37,027 nucleotides of DNA, taken from the IMG/VR virus record IMGVR_UViG_3300047282_000660, positions 1 to 37,027 of that record; one strand, 5' to 3'. Below, one piece after another: positions 10,301 to 19,300 of this stretch. A model generated the notes under the pieces. That model had not been told where the DNA came from. It searched no databases and saw only the letters and a list, made by a program, of their open reading frames with translations. Origin of the DNA: a virus (lineage: Duplodnaviria > Caudoviricetes). The position numbers were made by a program, and so were the translations under genes. Every line of letters begins with the position of its first letter. Position 1 is the first letter of the stretch.

Positions 10301-12295
10301 TGAAAATATATTAACCTGAAATCCTTTTACTGGAGAAATAGATGCTGTAAATGAACCAGATGATATTTTTGATAAATCTAAATCTGGTATCGCAGATAAA
10401 GGTATTTCTCTCAATAACTTACCACTACCACTAAATGAACCGGTATAGATTTCAATATTTCCACTTACAAAAAGTGAACCTGTTATTCGTGAACCACTAA
10501 TAGGGGATTGTACAACAAACCCAAGATTAGGAGATACGGATGCAGTTACACTACCGCTCGCTATTCTTGGAGATACAATTGAAGGTACATTTGTTAATTG
10601 AGAACCATCACCTATAAAACTAAATGCTCTAACACTTCCACTCACATCTACTGAACCTGTGAATTGAGAACCATATTCATCACCCCTTCTATCGGTAACA
10701 ACTTTAAACCCAAACGCAGGAGATACCGAAGCGGTTATTGAACCTGATTTGATTTCGGTTGATATGAGTGCATCTTCAGTAAGAGCACTTCTAGGAATGT
10801 TTCTTAAATAACGTCCATCAGAATATAAAAACGATGAAGAATCAATAGTAACGCTACCACTAAAATGCGAACCACTAGCAATTGATAATACTCTAAAACC
10901 AAAAGTTGGTGATACCGATGCTGTTACAGAACCTGATTTGATTTCGGTTGATATAAGTGCATCTTCAGTTAATGCATTTCTTGGTATATTTCTTAAATAA
11001 CGTCCATCAGAATAAATAAATGATGAAGAATCAATATAAACACTTCCACTAAATAATGAACCACTACTTATTGATAATACTCTAAATCCATATTCAGGTG
11101 CTACTGATGCAGTTATGCTTCCACTTGCTATTTGTGTAACTACTAATGCATCTGGAGCTAGAGCAGAACGCGGTATATCAAATAATCCTCTACCACTACC
11201 ACTAAACATTGATGCGGATACATTACCTAATATATCAACACTACCAGTGAACTCAGAACCTCTTAGTGAAGATTCAACTTTAAATCCAAATTCTGGACTT
11301 ACGGATGCAGTTACCGAACCAGTTGCTAATTTTGTTGCCTGTGGAAGATTAAATAAATCTCTACCATCCCCATAGAAAGAACCGGTAAATTTAGCATTTA
11401 TTGAAGAAGCTGTAATTTCATTCGTTGTAAAATTACCAGTAATATCTAAAGAACCGCTAATTGTTACTGAACCTGTAAATTCAGACCCACTAGCTAAAGA
11501 TTCTACTTTAAACCCAAATTGAGGTGATACGGATGCAGTTACACTTCCAGTTGCTAGTCTTGTTGCTTGAGGTAGATTAAATAATTTTGAACCATCGCCA
11601 ACAAAAGAACCAGTAAATGAACCTGTTGCAGATGATGCGGTTATTGCAGTTGCTACTAATCTATCTCTTATTTCAACTGAACCAGTAAATTCTTGTTTAT
11701 CCGTTAATTCATCACCAAATTTGTTTGAACCAGATGAATAAATAATTGAAGAAGAAACTATATTAACAATTAATTGGTCAGCGTATATTGATTTAGATAC
11801 AAATAAATTACCACCAATTCTTAAATCTTCGGATATTCTACCATTTCCAAGAACACTAAAATTAGTATTAATATCTAAACTAGCACTACTAAATGATGCA
11901 GTAAACGAACTAGAAGCTAATCTTTCCGCAGTATTTGATATTGGGAGATTTGTTAATTTAGAACCATCTCCACTAAATTCACCTCTAAATGAACCAGTTA
12001 AATTTGCACTACCACTAAAAGAACCAGTAAATCCACCACTTAAAATGGCACTACCACTAAAAGAACCGGTAAATGCACCACTTGCTCTATCTAAATCTAA
12101 ACTACGAACAAACCCTCTATTACCTTGGTCATCCGAAACTAATATTGCAGGTGAGCCAGAAAGTGAAGCAGAGAAGTTAGGAACACCAAAATTGGGTTCG
12201 GCTTGAGACAGGTCTAGGAATTGATACCTATCGGCCGTCACATTTTTTGGGGATACAACCCTTACCCTACCCGTTAAAAGATTACTAATTGCCAT
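1310..12295 (-). CDS. Giant (3661 aa) virion fibre protein: ~24 beta-repeats, two cupredoxin-like inserts, ~1080-aa Gly-X-Ser region, fibre C-terminal domain
   Basis: Uninterrupted ORF with many F.GDG..L.N fibre motifs. The C-terminal LDL..ANNF...TITFSNPP...ITWP..VDWPGGTAP.LT..GTDV..F domain is common at phage fibre ends. Followed by adhesin and chaperone genes. Confidence 0.85.
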   Translation of the reverse strand: MAISNLLTGRVRVVSPKNVTADRYQFLDLSQAEPNFGVPNFSASLSGSPAILVSDDQGNRGFVRSLDLDRASGAFTGSFSGSAILSGGFTGSFSGSANLTGSFRGEFSGDGSKLTNLPISNTAERLASSSFTASFSSASLDINTNFSVLGNGRISEDLRIGGNLFVSKSIYADQLIVNIVSSSIIYSSGSNKFGDELTDKQEFTGSVEIRDRLVATAITASSATGSFTGSFVGDGSKLFNLPQATRLATGSVTASVSPQFGFKVESLASGSEFTGSVTISGSLDITGNFTTNEITASSINAKFTGSFYGDGRDLFNLPQATKLATGSVTASVSPEFGFKVESSLRGSEFTGSVDILGNVSASMFSGSGRGLFDIPRSALAPDALVVTQIASGSITASVAPEYGFRVLSISSGSLFSGSVYIDSSSFIYSDGRYLRNIPRNALTEDALISTEIKSGSVTASVSPTFGFRVLSIASGSHFSGSVTIDSSSFLYSDGRYLRNIPRSALTEDALISTEIKSGSITASVSPAFGFKVVTDRRGDEYGSQFTGSVDVSGSVRAFSFIGDGSQLTNVPSIVSPRIASGSVTASVSPNLGFVVQSPISGSRITGSLFVSGNIEIYTGSFSGSGKLLREIPLSAIPDLDLSKISSGSFTASISPVKGFQVNIFSQISGSFEVSSSNFELANPTGSDCVFNVTNDGSTSYLFSGAVSGSNPNIVLVRGILYTFNLNASGHPFFIKTVNSIGTNNGYNTGVTNNGDDVGVITFTPPTGSPDVLYYNCQYHSSMGGRIYIVDKLVRPAEIRFRGDTSVTGGLYVSEKIVSKEISGSFSGSGRNLFDIPFSAFTGDANRIASGSVTASVSPIYGFAVVGGDSSFSGSVNVSQSLTSTKIIATEFTGSSFSGSFQGDGSRLTNIPAPTPTKILEGSVTASAIATKGFVVESIISGSYFSGSLQVSGGFFAYGNIELRSGSSFSGSGERLFNIPRTALAPDALDTNRILSGSVTASVSPNFGFKVESATSGSQFTGSISISGSLIADGVSVRSGSSFSGSGRNLFDIPRSAISDLDISKIFSGSATASISPNLGLLVNVPATINGFIVVTGSADIKSNAVISGSLLTKGISRFESGVSASIFSGSGAGLTDIPFSALSEELKRIATGSVTASVSPQFGFKVESIISGSQFTGSLKVSGSIFLSSGSFYSGSGEGLFNIPRTALTPDALLSTFIASGSVTASVSPQFGFRVQSADSGSEFTGSVEITGSLLVKGNVTSTSGSYFVGDGRYLSNITLANVAIDSTKIFSGSATASISPTEGFNVNVHSRLNGSLIVSASTRPTPDYQLDKIIDVTNNGSSAYIVRNASVSGSNARLTLQRGIPYTFNVNATGHPFWLKYQPSVGTDWAYSSSVVNNGEDSGLITFTPPSGSPGVLYYNCQLHSAMFGEIFIVDSIDLPAEIKLIGNTEITGSLNVSRPISASMFSGSGKGLFDIPFSNLTGDAFRIASGSVTASVSPDYGFRVESFGSGSDFSGSIRIDSSSFIYAEGTYLRRIPRSALTEDALISTEIKSGSVTASVSPDYGFRVITPFTSSVTESAYSTQIGVQITGSIDVSGSIFINDISGGLFINSSSFIYAEGTYLRNIPRSALTLDALISTEIKSGSITASVSPDYGFRVITDRSGSQVGSQFTGSIEVSGSIRATEFIYGDGRYITNVQAAAAPLIASGSATASVASGETFVVITAKTGSQVGSQFTGSIEVSGSITATDNIYADFFYGDGRYITNVVATAAPFIASGSATASVASGDRFVVITSKTGSQIGTEITGSVSLSGSLLVTDNVTADFYFGDGRFLTNVQAAAAPLIASGSATASVQSGRIFEVVTGAPSGSVGSQFTGSVQISGSLSASIYIGDGGGLFNIPASALQDLQLDRIQSGSGRAIIDPTKLDVNVPITAALYIGDGGGLFNIPANALQDLKLDRIVSGSAQAVISPNKGLEINTSVRIFSGSAEISGGLFISGGNVVLQSGSAFVGDGSGLTNINIANLSFETFLLKSGSVTASISPDKGFVVNTSASIWGNVYVGNDLKVHNNITASNTILASLFTGSFRGTYTFQGVGPTASAEYDILRYNETQGYYIPQPETSLTETVSFSNVSDLTIVHNLGIRYPMVQVYATGSEDQILPGTIHSIDDNTINIKFAGLTSGHVVIGSGGSLIQGTIQGDRVFGTVLSSSYAFKASFADSVAGFDSASLAQLSASLGDAAQYVKNNQTASMSVGRAVSASYALTASYVENLSGLNLVDYVRNDQTSSMRVLSASYAISSSYAAYAANAANVDTSNFVLISQTASMWVGTASLAYTASVALFALNAANTDTASFLQINKDQTINASLTISGSIGVSGSIVGNGAFQLNNLPTGSSDEVVIWNPVTKRLERRNVAAAVGSSGTSGLTGTDGSAGTSGSSGSSGSSGSSGSSGTSGTDGSSGSSGSSGSSGTTGTSGSSGSSGSSGSSGTAGSSGTSGTSGSSGSSGSSGSSGTSGTSGSSGTSGSSGTSGSSGTSGSSGTTGSSGTSGTSGSGGTSGTSGSSGSSGSSGSSGTSGTSGSSGTSGSSGSGGTSGTSGSSGSSGTTGTGGSSGTSGSSGTSGTSGSGGTSGTSGSGGSSGSGGSSGSTGTGGTAGTSGSSGSSGSSGSGGTSGSGGTSGTSGTAGSAGSGGSAGTSGTDGTAGTGGTSGTSGSSGSSGSSGTGGSSGTGGSGGSAGTSGSSGTSGTSGSTGTAGSSGTSGSSGTSGSDGTSGTSGQDGTSGTSGSSGSSGSSGSSGTSGSSGSSGTSGSGGTSGSSGSSGSSGTTGSSGTTGSSGTSGSSGSSGSSGSSGSSGTSGSGGSSGTTGSDGTSGSSGSSGSSGTSGTDGTSGSSGSSGSSGTEGSAGTSGSSGSSGSSGIDGTSGTDGSSGSGGTSGTSGSSGSSGSSGTSGVDGTSGVDGTSGVDGTSGTDGSTGSAGSSGSSGSSGSSGTTGSAGTSAVDGTSGVDGTSGTNGSSGSAGSSGSSGSSGTSGSGGTSGLDGTYFGSSGTSGTNGTSGTSGSSGLSGSSGTSGLDGTFFGSSGTSSSSGSSGSSGQSGTSGINGSNGTSGSSGTSAEGTSGSSGSSGSSGTAGSTGSAGSAGSSGSAGSSGSSGSSGTSGLDGTYFGSSGSSGSSATSGTTGSSGTTGSSGTSSTSGTSGVDGTFFGSSGSSGSTGTSGSSGSSGSSGSGGTSGTTGSAGSSGLDGTFFGSSGSSGSSGTSGSGGSSGSTGTAGSSGSTGTSGTSGLDGTFFGSSGSSGSSGSSGSTGTAGTSGSTGTNGTTGSAGTSGLDGTYFGSSGTAGSSGTSGAGTSGSSGTSAEGTSGTSGLDGTNFGTAGTSGTSGAGTSGSSGTSGTGTSGTSGVDGTFYGSSGTAGSGGTSGTTPPGFTSGTSGTDGVSGTSGTSAPGITSGTSGTDGLTGTSGSSGTTPPGFTSGTSGTDGVSGTSGSSGTTPPNFTSGTSGTNGGLITSGTAENGILTWQNTPAQANVESGLLFDGTILSINNGLGTDGSIDARYGYVFAKKFVETFSDLGTGGNATLDLNTANNFRRQFNGSATITFSNPPGSAGLGFGFTLTTVNAGAYSITWPVNVDWPGGTAPVLTSSGTDVLTFFTFNAGTTYYGFVVGKNLN
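1805..5055 (-). repeat. Coding low-complexity 9-nt/tripeptide repeat, Gly-[Ser/Thr/Gly]-[Ser/Ala/Asp/Gly/Thr]
   Basis: Plus strand shows CCAGATGAA/CCAGATGTA/CCAGAACTT/CCAGAGCTT units at 9-nt period; protein reads GSSGTSGSSG...; visibly more GC-rich than the flanks. Confidence 0.95.
7991..8296 (-). other. Cupredoxin-like domain 2 within the giant fibre, with type-1 copper ligand pattern
   Basis: GHPFWLK ... LYYNCQLHSAMFG (His ... Cys-x2-His-x2-Met). Confidence 0.7.
9929..10231 (-). other. Cupredoxin-like domain 1 within the giant fibre, with type-1 copper ligand pattern
   Basis: GHPFFIK ... LYYNCQYHSSMGG (His ... Cys-x2-His-x2-Met). Confidence 0.7.
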
Positions 12296-12314
12296 TCCGT
12301 ATTTCCAGCTTTGT

Positions 12315-12345
12315 TATAAATATTGAAAAAATCACCTATAAATAT
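12315..12345 (-). promoter_or_regulatory. Two tandem ATATTTATA motifs, putative late promoters
   Basis: Plus strand TATAAATAT at 12315-12323 and 12337-12345, in the intergenic gap upstream of the ATG at 12295. The same motif lies upstream of three other genes. Confidence 0.6.
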
Positions 12346-12364
12346 TATAGGATAATATATATCG

Positions 12365-13291
12365 TTATTCGTTTGCACTCTCTAATATTGAGAGAACAAC
12401 CGTCAAATCTGGTGAGCCGGAAACTACAAATCCGTAACCTTCTTCTAATACTAATTTACCGGAAACTATCGGTGAAAGAGAATCTGCGGGTGGGATTGTT
12501 GCGTTTGTTACTAATTGTATTGGTAATTGTTCTACTAATGATGGAGCTTGAATAGTATTTTTAATAACATTAATCAAACTATCAACTACAAACGCAGATG
12601 CACTATAAAATGAACTTGTTACATCAAAATTTGTATTAAATGATTGAGTAAACGCCGTTTGATTCAATGTTGGTGTTAAATCTGAACCTGTTACTGATTG
12701 ATTTTTTATTACCGATGTTGCTAAATTATTCACATAATCTAATAGAAATAAAGAAGAAGAATATTCTTCAGGATAAATACTTTTAATTATATTTGAACCA
12801 TTTTTTGTATAATATGCCTTTGCTGCTTTTGTAGTTCTTATTGTTTTATCATTTACAACATCATATGCAATAGCATCAATAGCATCAACTGCATAATTTT
12901 CAAATCTAGAGGATGTAAATGTAAAAGGAGTTTCTGATAAATTGTTTAGATTATTAATATATGCTGCGGCTTCTTTTTTTATAAAAGTTTTATTAAGACT
13001 TAATAACGCAGATGCACTATCCAATGCTCCCAAATAATTTCCATTTAAAACAGTAGAACCGCTTAAAAAAAATGAAGAACTAAAAACTCCTTCAAAATTT
13101 GGTATTGCCAATTCTCTATTAGACTTTATAAGTATAGTTACAGGTTGAACTTGTAAACTATTATTAGTTATTTGAATAGAAAGCATAATGGATGATACTC
13201 CATTTGGTGCTACATATATTTCATCTTCTTCTCCCGTTAAGTTTGTTATTAACGATTGAAATCGGTTTAACGGTACAAATACATTTGCCAT
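12365..13291 (-). CDS. Virion structural protein (small beta-sandwich family of T4-like aquatic phages) with an inserted Cys-less copy of the helical domain repeated in the 4178-aa protein
   Basis: N-terminal IYVAPNGVSSIMLSIQITN and C-terminal IPPADSL...GKLVLEEG...LTVVLSILES flank LLSLNKTFIKKEAAAYI...IDAIAYDV...AAKAYY, which matches the neighbour's repeat. Confidence 0.7.
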   Translation of the reverse strand: MANVFVPLNRFQSLITNLTGEEDEIYVAPNGVSSIMLSIQITNNSLQVQPVTILIKSNRELAIPNFEGVFSSSFFLSGSTVLNGNYLGALDSASALLSLNKTFIKKEAAAYINNLNNLSETPFTFTSSRFENYAVDAIDAIAYDVVNDKTIRTTKAAKAYYTKNGSNIIKSIYPEEYSSSLFLLDYVNNLATSVIKNQSVTGSDLTPTLNQTAFTQSFNTNFDVTSSFYSASAFVVDSLINVIKNTIQAPSLVEQLPIQLVTNATIPPADSLSPIVSGKLVLEEGYGFVVSGSPDLTVVLSILESANE

Positions 13292-13313
13292 TTTTTATTT
13301 TTTTCTTTTCCTT

Positions 13314-16300
13314 TTATATTTGAAGTGCCAATGAGAACGGAGTTACTAATGAGAATAGAGATTTACTAAATGTTCTACCCACAAGAGTACCAGTTGCCTG
13401 GTTAATACTTAAACCAGTACCAATTCTAAAGTCACCATCTTGGTTACCGGATGTGAAGAATATTCTACCGCCACCCAATTCAGTAATTTCAAAAGCCGGA
13501 TTAGCTTGTCCACTACCGCCTTGGTTTGGTGGAAGTGCTTTAAACGTCACACCAGAACCATTATAAGAGTAGTCAATACCGGTTGCCACAATCAATGAAC
13601 CAAACGATTCTAATGGTGCATTTGCCGCTATAAACTCTGCTCTCGTTCTTAAATATCTGTTAGTTTCTAAAGTCTCTAATTTTTGCTGATTAATTACAGC
13701 TGCTGCACTTCCATATTGCCCGGTATAATAAGAAGATGCTGCTGCAACACTTCTTTCGTTTCCACCATACAATAAATCGGTTGCAACGGAATCAATAATA
13801 ATTCCTGTATCTCTAGAACAACTTGCTTCGTTATAAACTAAGTATGGGAATGCTCCATTTGTATAACTGATTGCTCTCTGTTTTAATTCATTTTTAGAAC
13901 CTATCAATCTAGCATACGCTTCTCTACGTTTAGTTGGTGCGAAAACAAGTTTTGTTTGTAATACAACTTTTTCAGCTACACCTTTTGCGAAATTAATACC
14001 ATCTACGGTTTGATTTTTCTGTCCTGCATCACCATTATTAGTATATGAAGGTTCTATTGCTACGGATGGAATTCTATAATAAGTTGAACCCGCTTCAATA
14101 CTTCTTTCGTTACCACCATAAACTAAGTCAGTTTTAACAGCATCAATAATAAATCCAATGTCACGAGAACAACTTACTTCATTGTATTTAAATCCACTCC
14201 AAGATGATGATAAGTAAGCAATTGTTTCTTTTTGTATAAACAATGAGTTACTTGTCAATAATCCACTTGCATTTAATGCAGATTGTGAAGGTGGATTAAA
14301 TGTAGAATTTAATACAACTTTACCAGAAATTCTACCCGCGTATCTAACACCAGTAACGGTTGGGTCTAACTGATTTTGTTCAGAAGGTACTCCGGCGTTA
14401 GTTGCTTTTGATGGGAATAGATAATAATATGTTCCAGCTACAACACTTCTTTCTTGACCACCATATAATAGGTCAGTTGCCGCTGCATCTACAATATAAC
14501 CAACATCACGAGAACAACTTGCTTCGTTGTAATAAACATTACTCCAAGAAGAAGAAACATAAGCGATAGTTTCTGCTGCAATGAATTGTTTATTTTTTCT
14601 TAATAAATCAAATGATGCCGAAACTTGCGCGGAAGCTGTGATAAATGTAATATTCTGAACAACTTTTTGTGCAATTCTACTTGCATATTTTATACCATCA
14701 ATTGTTTGATATAATTGTCCAACACTATCACCATCTCCCAACAATGTTGCTTTTGAAGGATATAAGAAATAAAATCTTCCTGCTTCTCTAGCTCTTTCAT
14801 TACCACCATAAAGTAGGTCAGTTGCTACAGCATCTACTATATATCCAACATCCCTCTTACACTTATCTTTATCATATTCAAATGTACTCCAACTAGCAGT
14901 AAGATATGCCATAGTTTCTTCTTGAATAAATGTTCTATTTTTTCTTAATAAATCAAATGAAGAAGAAACAATATTAGAAGCTGTTACAAATGTTTTGTTT
15001 TGTAATAATTGTTTAGCCAATCCACTTGCATAATCAATTGCAGTAACCGTAGGTTCTAATTGAGTTGATGTTGCGGTTGATGGGTAAGTATAATAATATT
15101 GTCCAGCAATTGTACTTCTCTCATTACCACCATAAAGTAGGTCAGTAGAAACAGCATCAATTATATGAACAACATCTCTTTCACAAACTGATTGCGAATA
15201 TGCAAATCCATTCCAAGATGAACTTAAGAATGAAATAGTTTCTTTCTTAATAAATTCTTTATTACTTCTTAATGTATTATAAGATGCCGAAACTTCAGCA
15301 GATGCGGTTACATATTCAATATTTTGTATTAAATTTTGTGCCAATCTACTTGCATAATTAATACCATCAATAGTTTGATTTAATTGTGCACCTTGCGCCT
15401 GTGAAGGGTAAATGTAATAGAATTTACCATTCATTACTGATGCCGAATTTGCGTTCCATAACAGGTCTTCAGCCGCACCACTAATGATTAAACCAACATC
15501 ACGTCTACACTTAGTTTCATCATACGATGCAGTGCTCCAAGATGAACTTAAGTATGCAATAGTTTCATTTTGAATGAATGGAATATTTGCTTTAAGTATT
15601 TCATATGCTGCAATTACATTTGAGGATGAAATTGACGCGGTATAAAGAGTTACATTTGGTAATGATCCTGTACCATTCAATATTATATTAGTTACAATTC
15701 CAATTGATGCGGAAACAAATGCTACATCTTCTAAACTACCACTAAATGATGAAGATATGTATTGTGATGTATTAGTTGTTTTAACATGTCCAACTGTATT
15801 AAGAATTGGCTGAGGAACACTAATCAAAATATTATTTACAATATTCTCACTCAATCTAGCCGCATATCTAATCGCATCGGTAGTTTCAATTACTTGTGCG
15901 TTAGTTGTTGCCAATGAAGGATATAAGTAATAGAATTCACCTGCTCTAATTGATTGTTCATTTCCAGCATATAGAAGGTCAGTTGCTACAGCATCTACAA
16001 TATATCCAACATCTCTCTTACATTTATCTTCGTTATAATCTAAATTAGGATATTTTGCATTTACATATGCTACTGATTCCGATTGTATATACTTTTTATT
16101 TTGTTGTAGTAAATCATAAGATTCGTTTACAGCTACAGAAGGAGTAAAGAATTGTTTATTAACAACCAAATTCATTGAACTTCCTTTAGCGTATCTTATA
16201 CCAGTTAATGTAGGTTCTAATTGAGAATCGGTTGCTTGAGATGGATAATCATAATAATATCTTCCAGCTACAATACTTCTCTCATTTCCACCATACAACA

Positions 16301-19300
16301 AATCAGTTGCTACAGCATCAACTATATAACCTATATCTCTACTACAACTTGCTTCATTGTATTCAAAATTACTCCAAGATGAAGAAACATACGCTATTGA
16401 TTCAGATTGAATGAATCCTTTATTTTGTCTTAAATTGTTATATGCATCCAATGTTGTGGATGATGGGCTTGCGAAGTGTATATTTCTTACAACCTTTTCA
16501 GCCATTCCACTTGCAAATTTAATTGCAGTTACGGTTTGGTCTAACTGAGAACCAATTGCCTGTGATGGATATTCGTAATAGAATTTACCATTAACAAATG
16601 ATGCAGAGTTACCACCAAATAAAAGGTCATGTGCCGCACCACTTATGATTAGTCCTAAATCTCTTTCGCACTTAGATTGGTCATAATAGAATGATGACCA
16701 AGAAGAACTCATATACGCAATAGATTCTGAAACAATAAATGCACTATTACTTACTAATAAGTTATATGCATTATTAATTCTCGGATTATTATTTGGATTT
16801 AGACTAGATGATACAAATCTTACTGAACCTGTACCATATAATAAAATAGATACTACCGTTGCAAATGAAGAAGATACTAATTTACTTTGCAATCTATCTG
16901 CACTAGCGCCTAATGTTTGAACAGCATTTGTAACTTTAATACCCGCATTTGTATTATTTACCAAAGTTGGAATTGAAGAAACTCCATTTTCTATAATACC
17001 CATCACTACACCAAAATTAGATGAAATTGAATTTACATCAGATTGAGATGCTGAAATAGATGAAGTTGTTGGAGTTAATCCGCTAACAATAATTGATGCG
17101 GAAGTATTTGTTATTAAATTAGGTTTTACATTCAATCCATTTTTTACAACATTTACAATTGTACCATAAGATGAACTTACATTTAATGCCTGATTATTAT
17201 GTGCTCCAACTCCAGTTATTTGTGTTTCATTTGTTATGTGCCACAAAGTTGGTGTTACCAATTCAAATCCATAATTAAATGAAGATACTAAAGAATCTGG
17301 TACTGAATATTCACCATTATAAATAATATTTCTTATGTGGGTAAACGAAGATGTTACTATATCTAATGTATTACCACTTGCAGAAATTGCAGATTTAATT
17401 TGAGTTTCCCCACTTACTTTAATTACATTTTCATTATTAGATACTAATGTAGGAAGTGCAGGCAATCCACCTTCAATTATCTGTGTAACAGTTGCAAATG
17501 ATGAACTTATATTTGTTACTTCACTTATTCCAGCACTTAGTGATGATGAATATTGTATTTGAGAAGTTACTTTAATATTCTTAGTTGTATTATCACTAAA
17601 TAATGGCTTATTAAGTAATATATTTTGAGCAACCGCTTTTGATACTGCTTTTGCATATTCAACACCAGCTACAGTTTCTAAAACTTGGTCATATGTTGTT
17701 GCTTTAGAAGGATAACGATAATAGTAATCACCAGCTATAACACTTCTTTGATTACCACCATACCATAAATCAGTTGCAACATTATTTACAATATATCCAA
17801 CATCCCTTCTACATTTTTCTCTATTATATTTTAAATTAGGATAAAATGCATCAATGTATTGGATAGTTTCATTTTGTATGAATTGTCTATTAGAAACCAA
17901 CAATGAGTATGCCGATTGTACATAGCTAGTTGGTTCAACTAATTCCTGGTTTGATATTACTTTTTGCACCAATCCAGCTGCAAATGCAATTCCATCTAAA
18001 GTTGGTCCTTTTTGTGCATCAGTTGTTGGTGATACGCTTGAAGTTACAGTTGCCGCTGAAGGATATAAATAATAATATTCTCCCGCTTTTGTACTTCTTT
18101 CATTACCACCATATATTAAATCAGTTGCTACATTATCAATGATATATGCAACATCTCTACTACAACTAGCTTCATTGAATTGGAAATTATTAATTCCAAC
18201 CCAAGATGAACTTAAGAATGCAATTGTTTCTTTTTGAATTAATTGTTTATTTTTTCTTAATAAATCAAAACTTGCCGATTCGGAGTTAGTTGGAGTTTGT
18301 AATATTTGATTACTTACAATTTTTTCAGAAATTCCTTTTGCATATCTAATTCCATCTAAAGTTTGATTTAATTGACCACCAGTATCACCATCGTTTCCTA
18401 CAGTTGCTAAAGAAGGATATAAATAATAATATTCTCCTGCCTCTCTTACTCTTTCATTACCCCCATATAAAATATCAGTTGCCACAGCATCTACTATATA
18501 TCCAGTATCTCTACTACAACTTGCTTCATTATAATTAAAGAATGACCAAGAAGAACTTACAAATGCGATTGTTTCTTTTTGTATAAATTCTTTATTATCA
18601 AGTAATAAATTATATGCAATTTGAGAAGAAATAGAAGCACTAGCAAATACTTTATTATTTAATATTTCTTTTACTATATGTTTAGCGTGCCTTATTCCAC
18701 TTAATGTAGGTCCTAATTGTGTTGTAGTAGCTTGTGAAGGATATAAGTAATAAAACTTACCCGCTTCAATACTTCTTTCATTACCACCATATACCACATC
18801 AGTAATTACAGCATCTAAAATATATTTTACATCTCTTTTACAAGTTTCTTGATTGTAAACAAATCCATTCCAACTTGCAGAAACATACGCAATTACTTCA
18901 TCTGCTATAAAGTTTTTATTATTGAATATTGCTTCTTTAATCTTAATTTTTTCCTGATTAACATTGTTTAATTTAAGATTTCTCAGCAATCTATCCGATA
19001 AATCTTTAGCGTATTTAATTCCGGTAATAGTTTCTTCAATTTGAGAACCAGTTGCAGCTGACGGATATAGATAATAATAAACTCCAGATTTTACACTTCT
19101 TTCATTGCCACCCCATTTAATATCGGTTGCAACTGAATCTATAATGTATCCAACATCTCTCTTACATTTAGTTTCATCGTAAGAATGTGAACTCCAAGAT
19201 GAACTTAAATATGCAATAGTTTCATTTTGAATCAATGATTTATTATATATTAACAAATCATATGCCGCATTTGATTGAGAATTTGGTAAATTAAATACTA

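Larger units (their letters stand above)
6100..11930 (-). repeat. About 24 tandem ~55-70-aa protein repeats (I.SGS.TAS.SP..GF.V...SGS.FTGS...F.GDG..L.NIP)
   Basis: Counted by eye from the recurring [IL]x[ST]GS[VIAF]TAS[VI] motif in the translation, including three degenerate copies. Confidence 0.9.
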
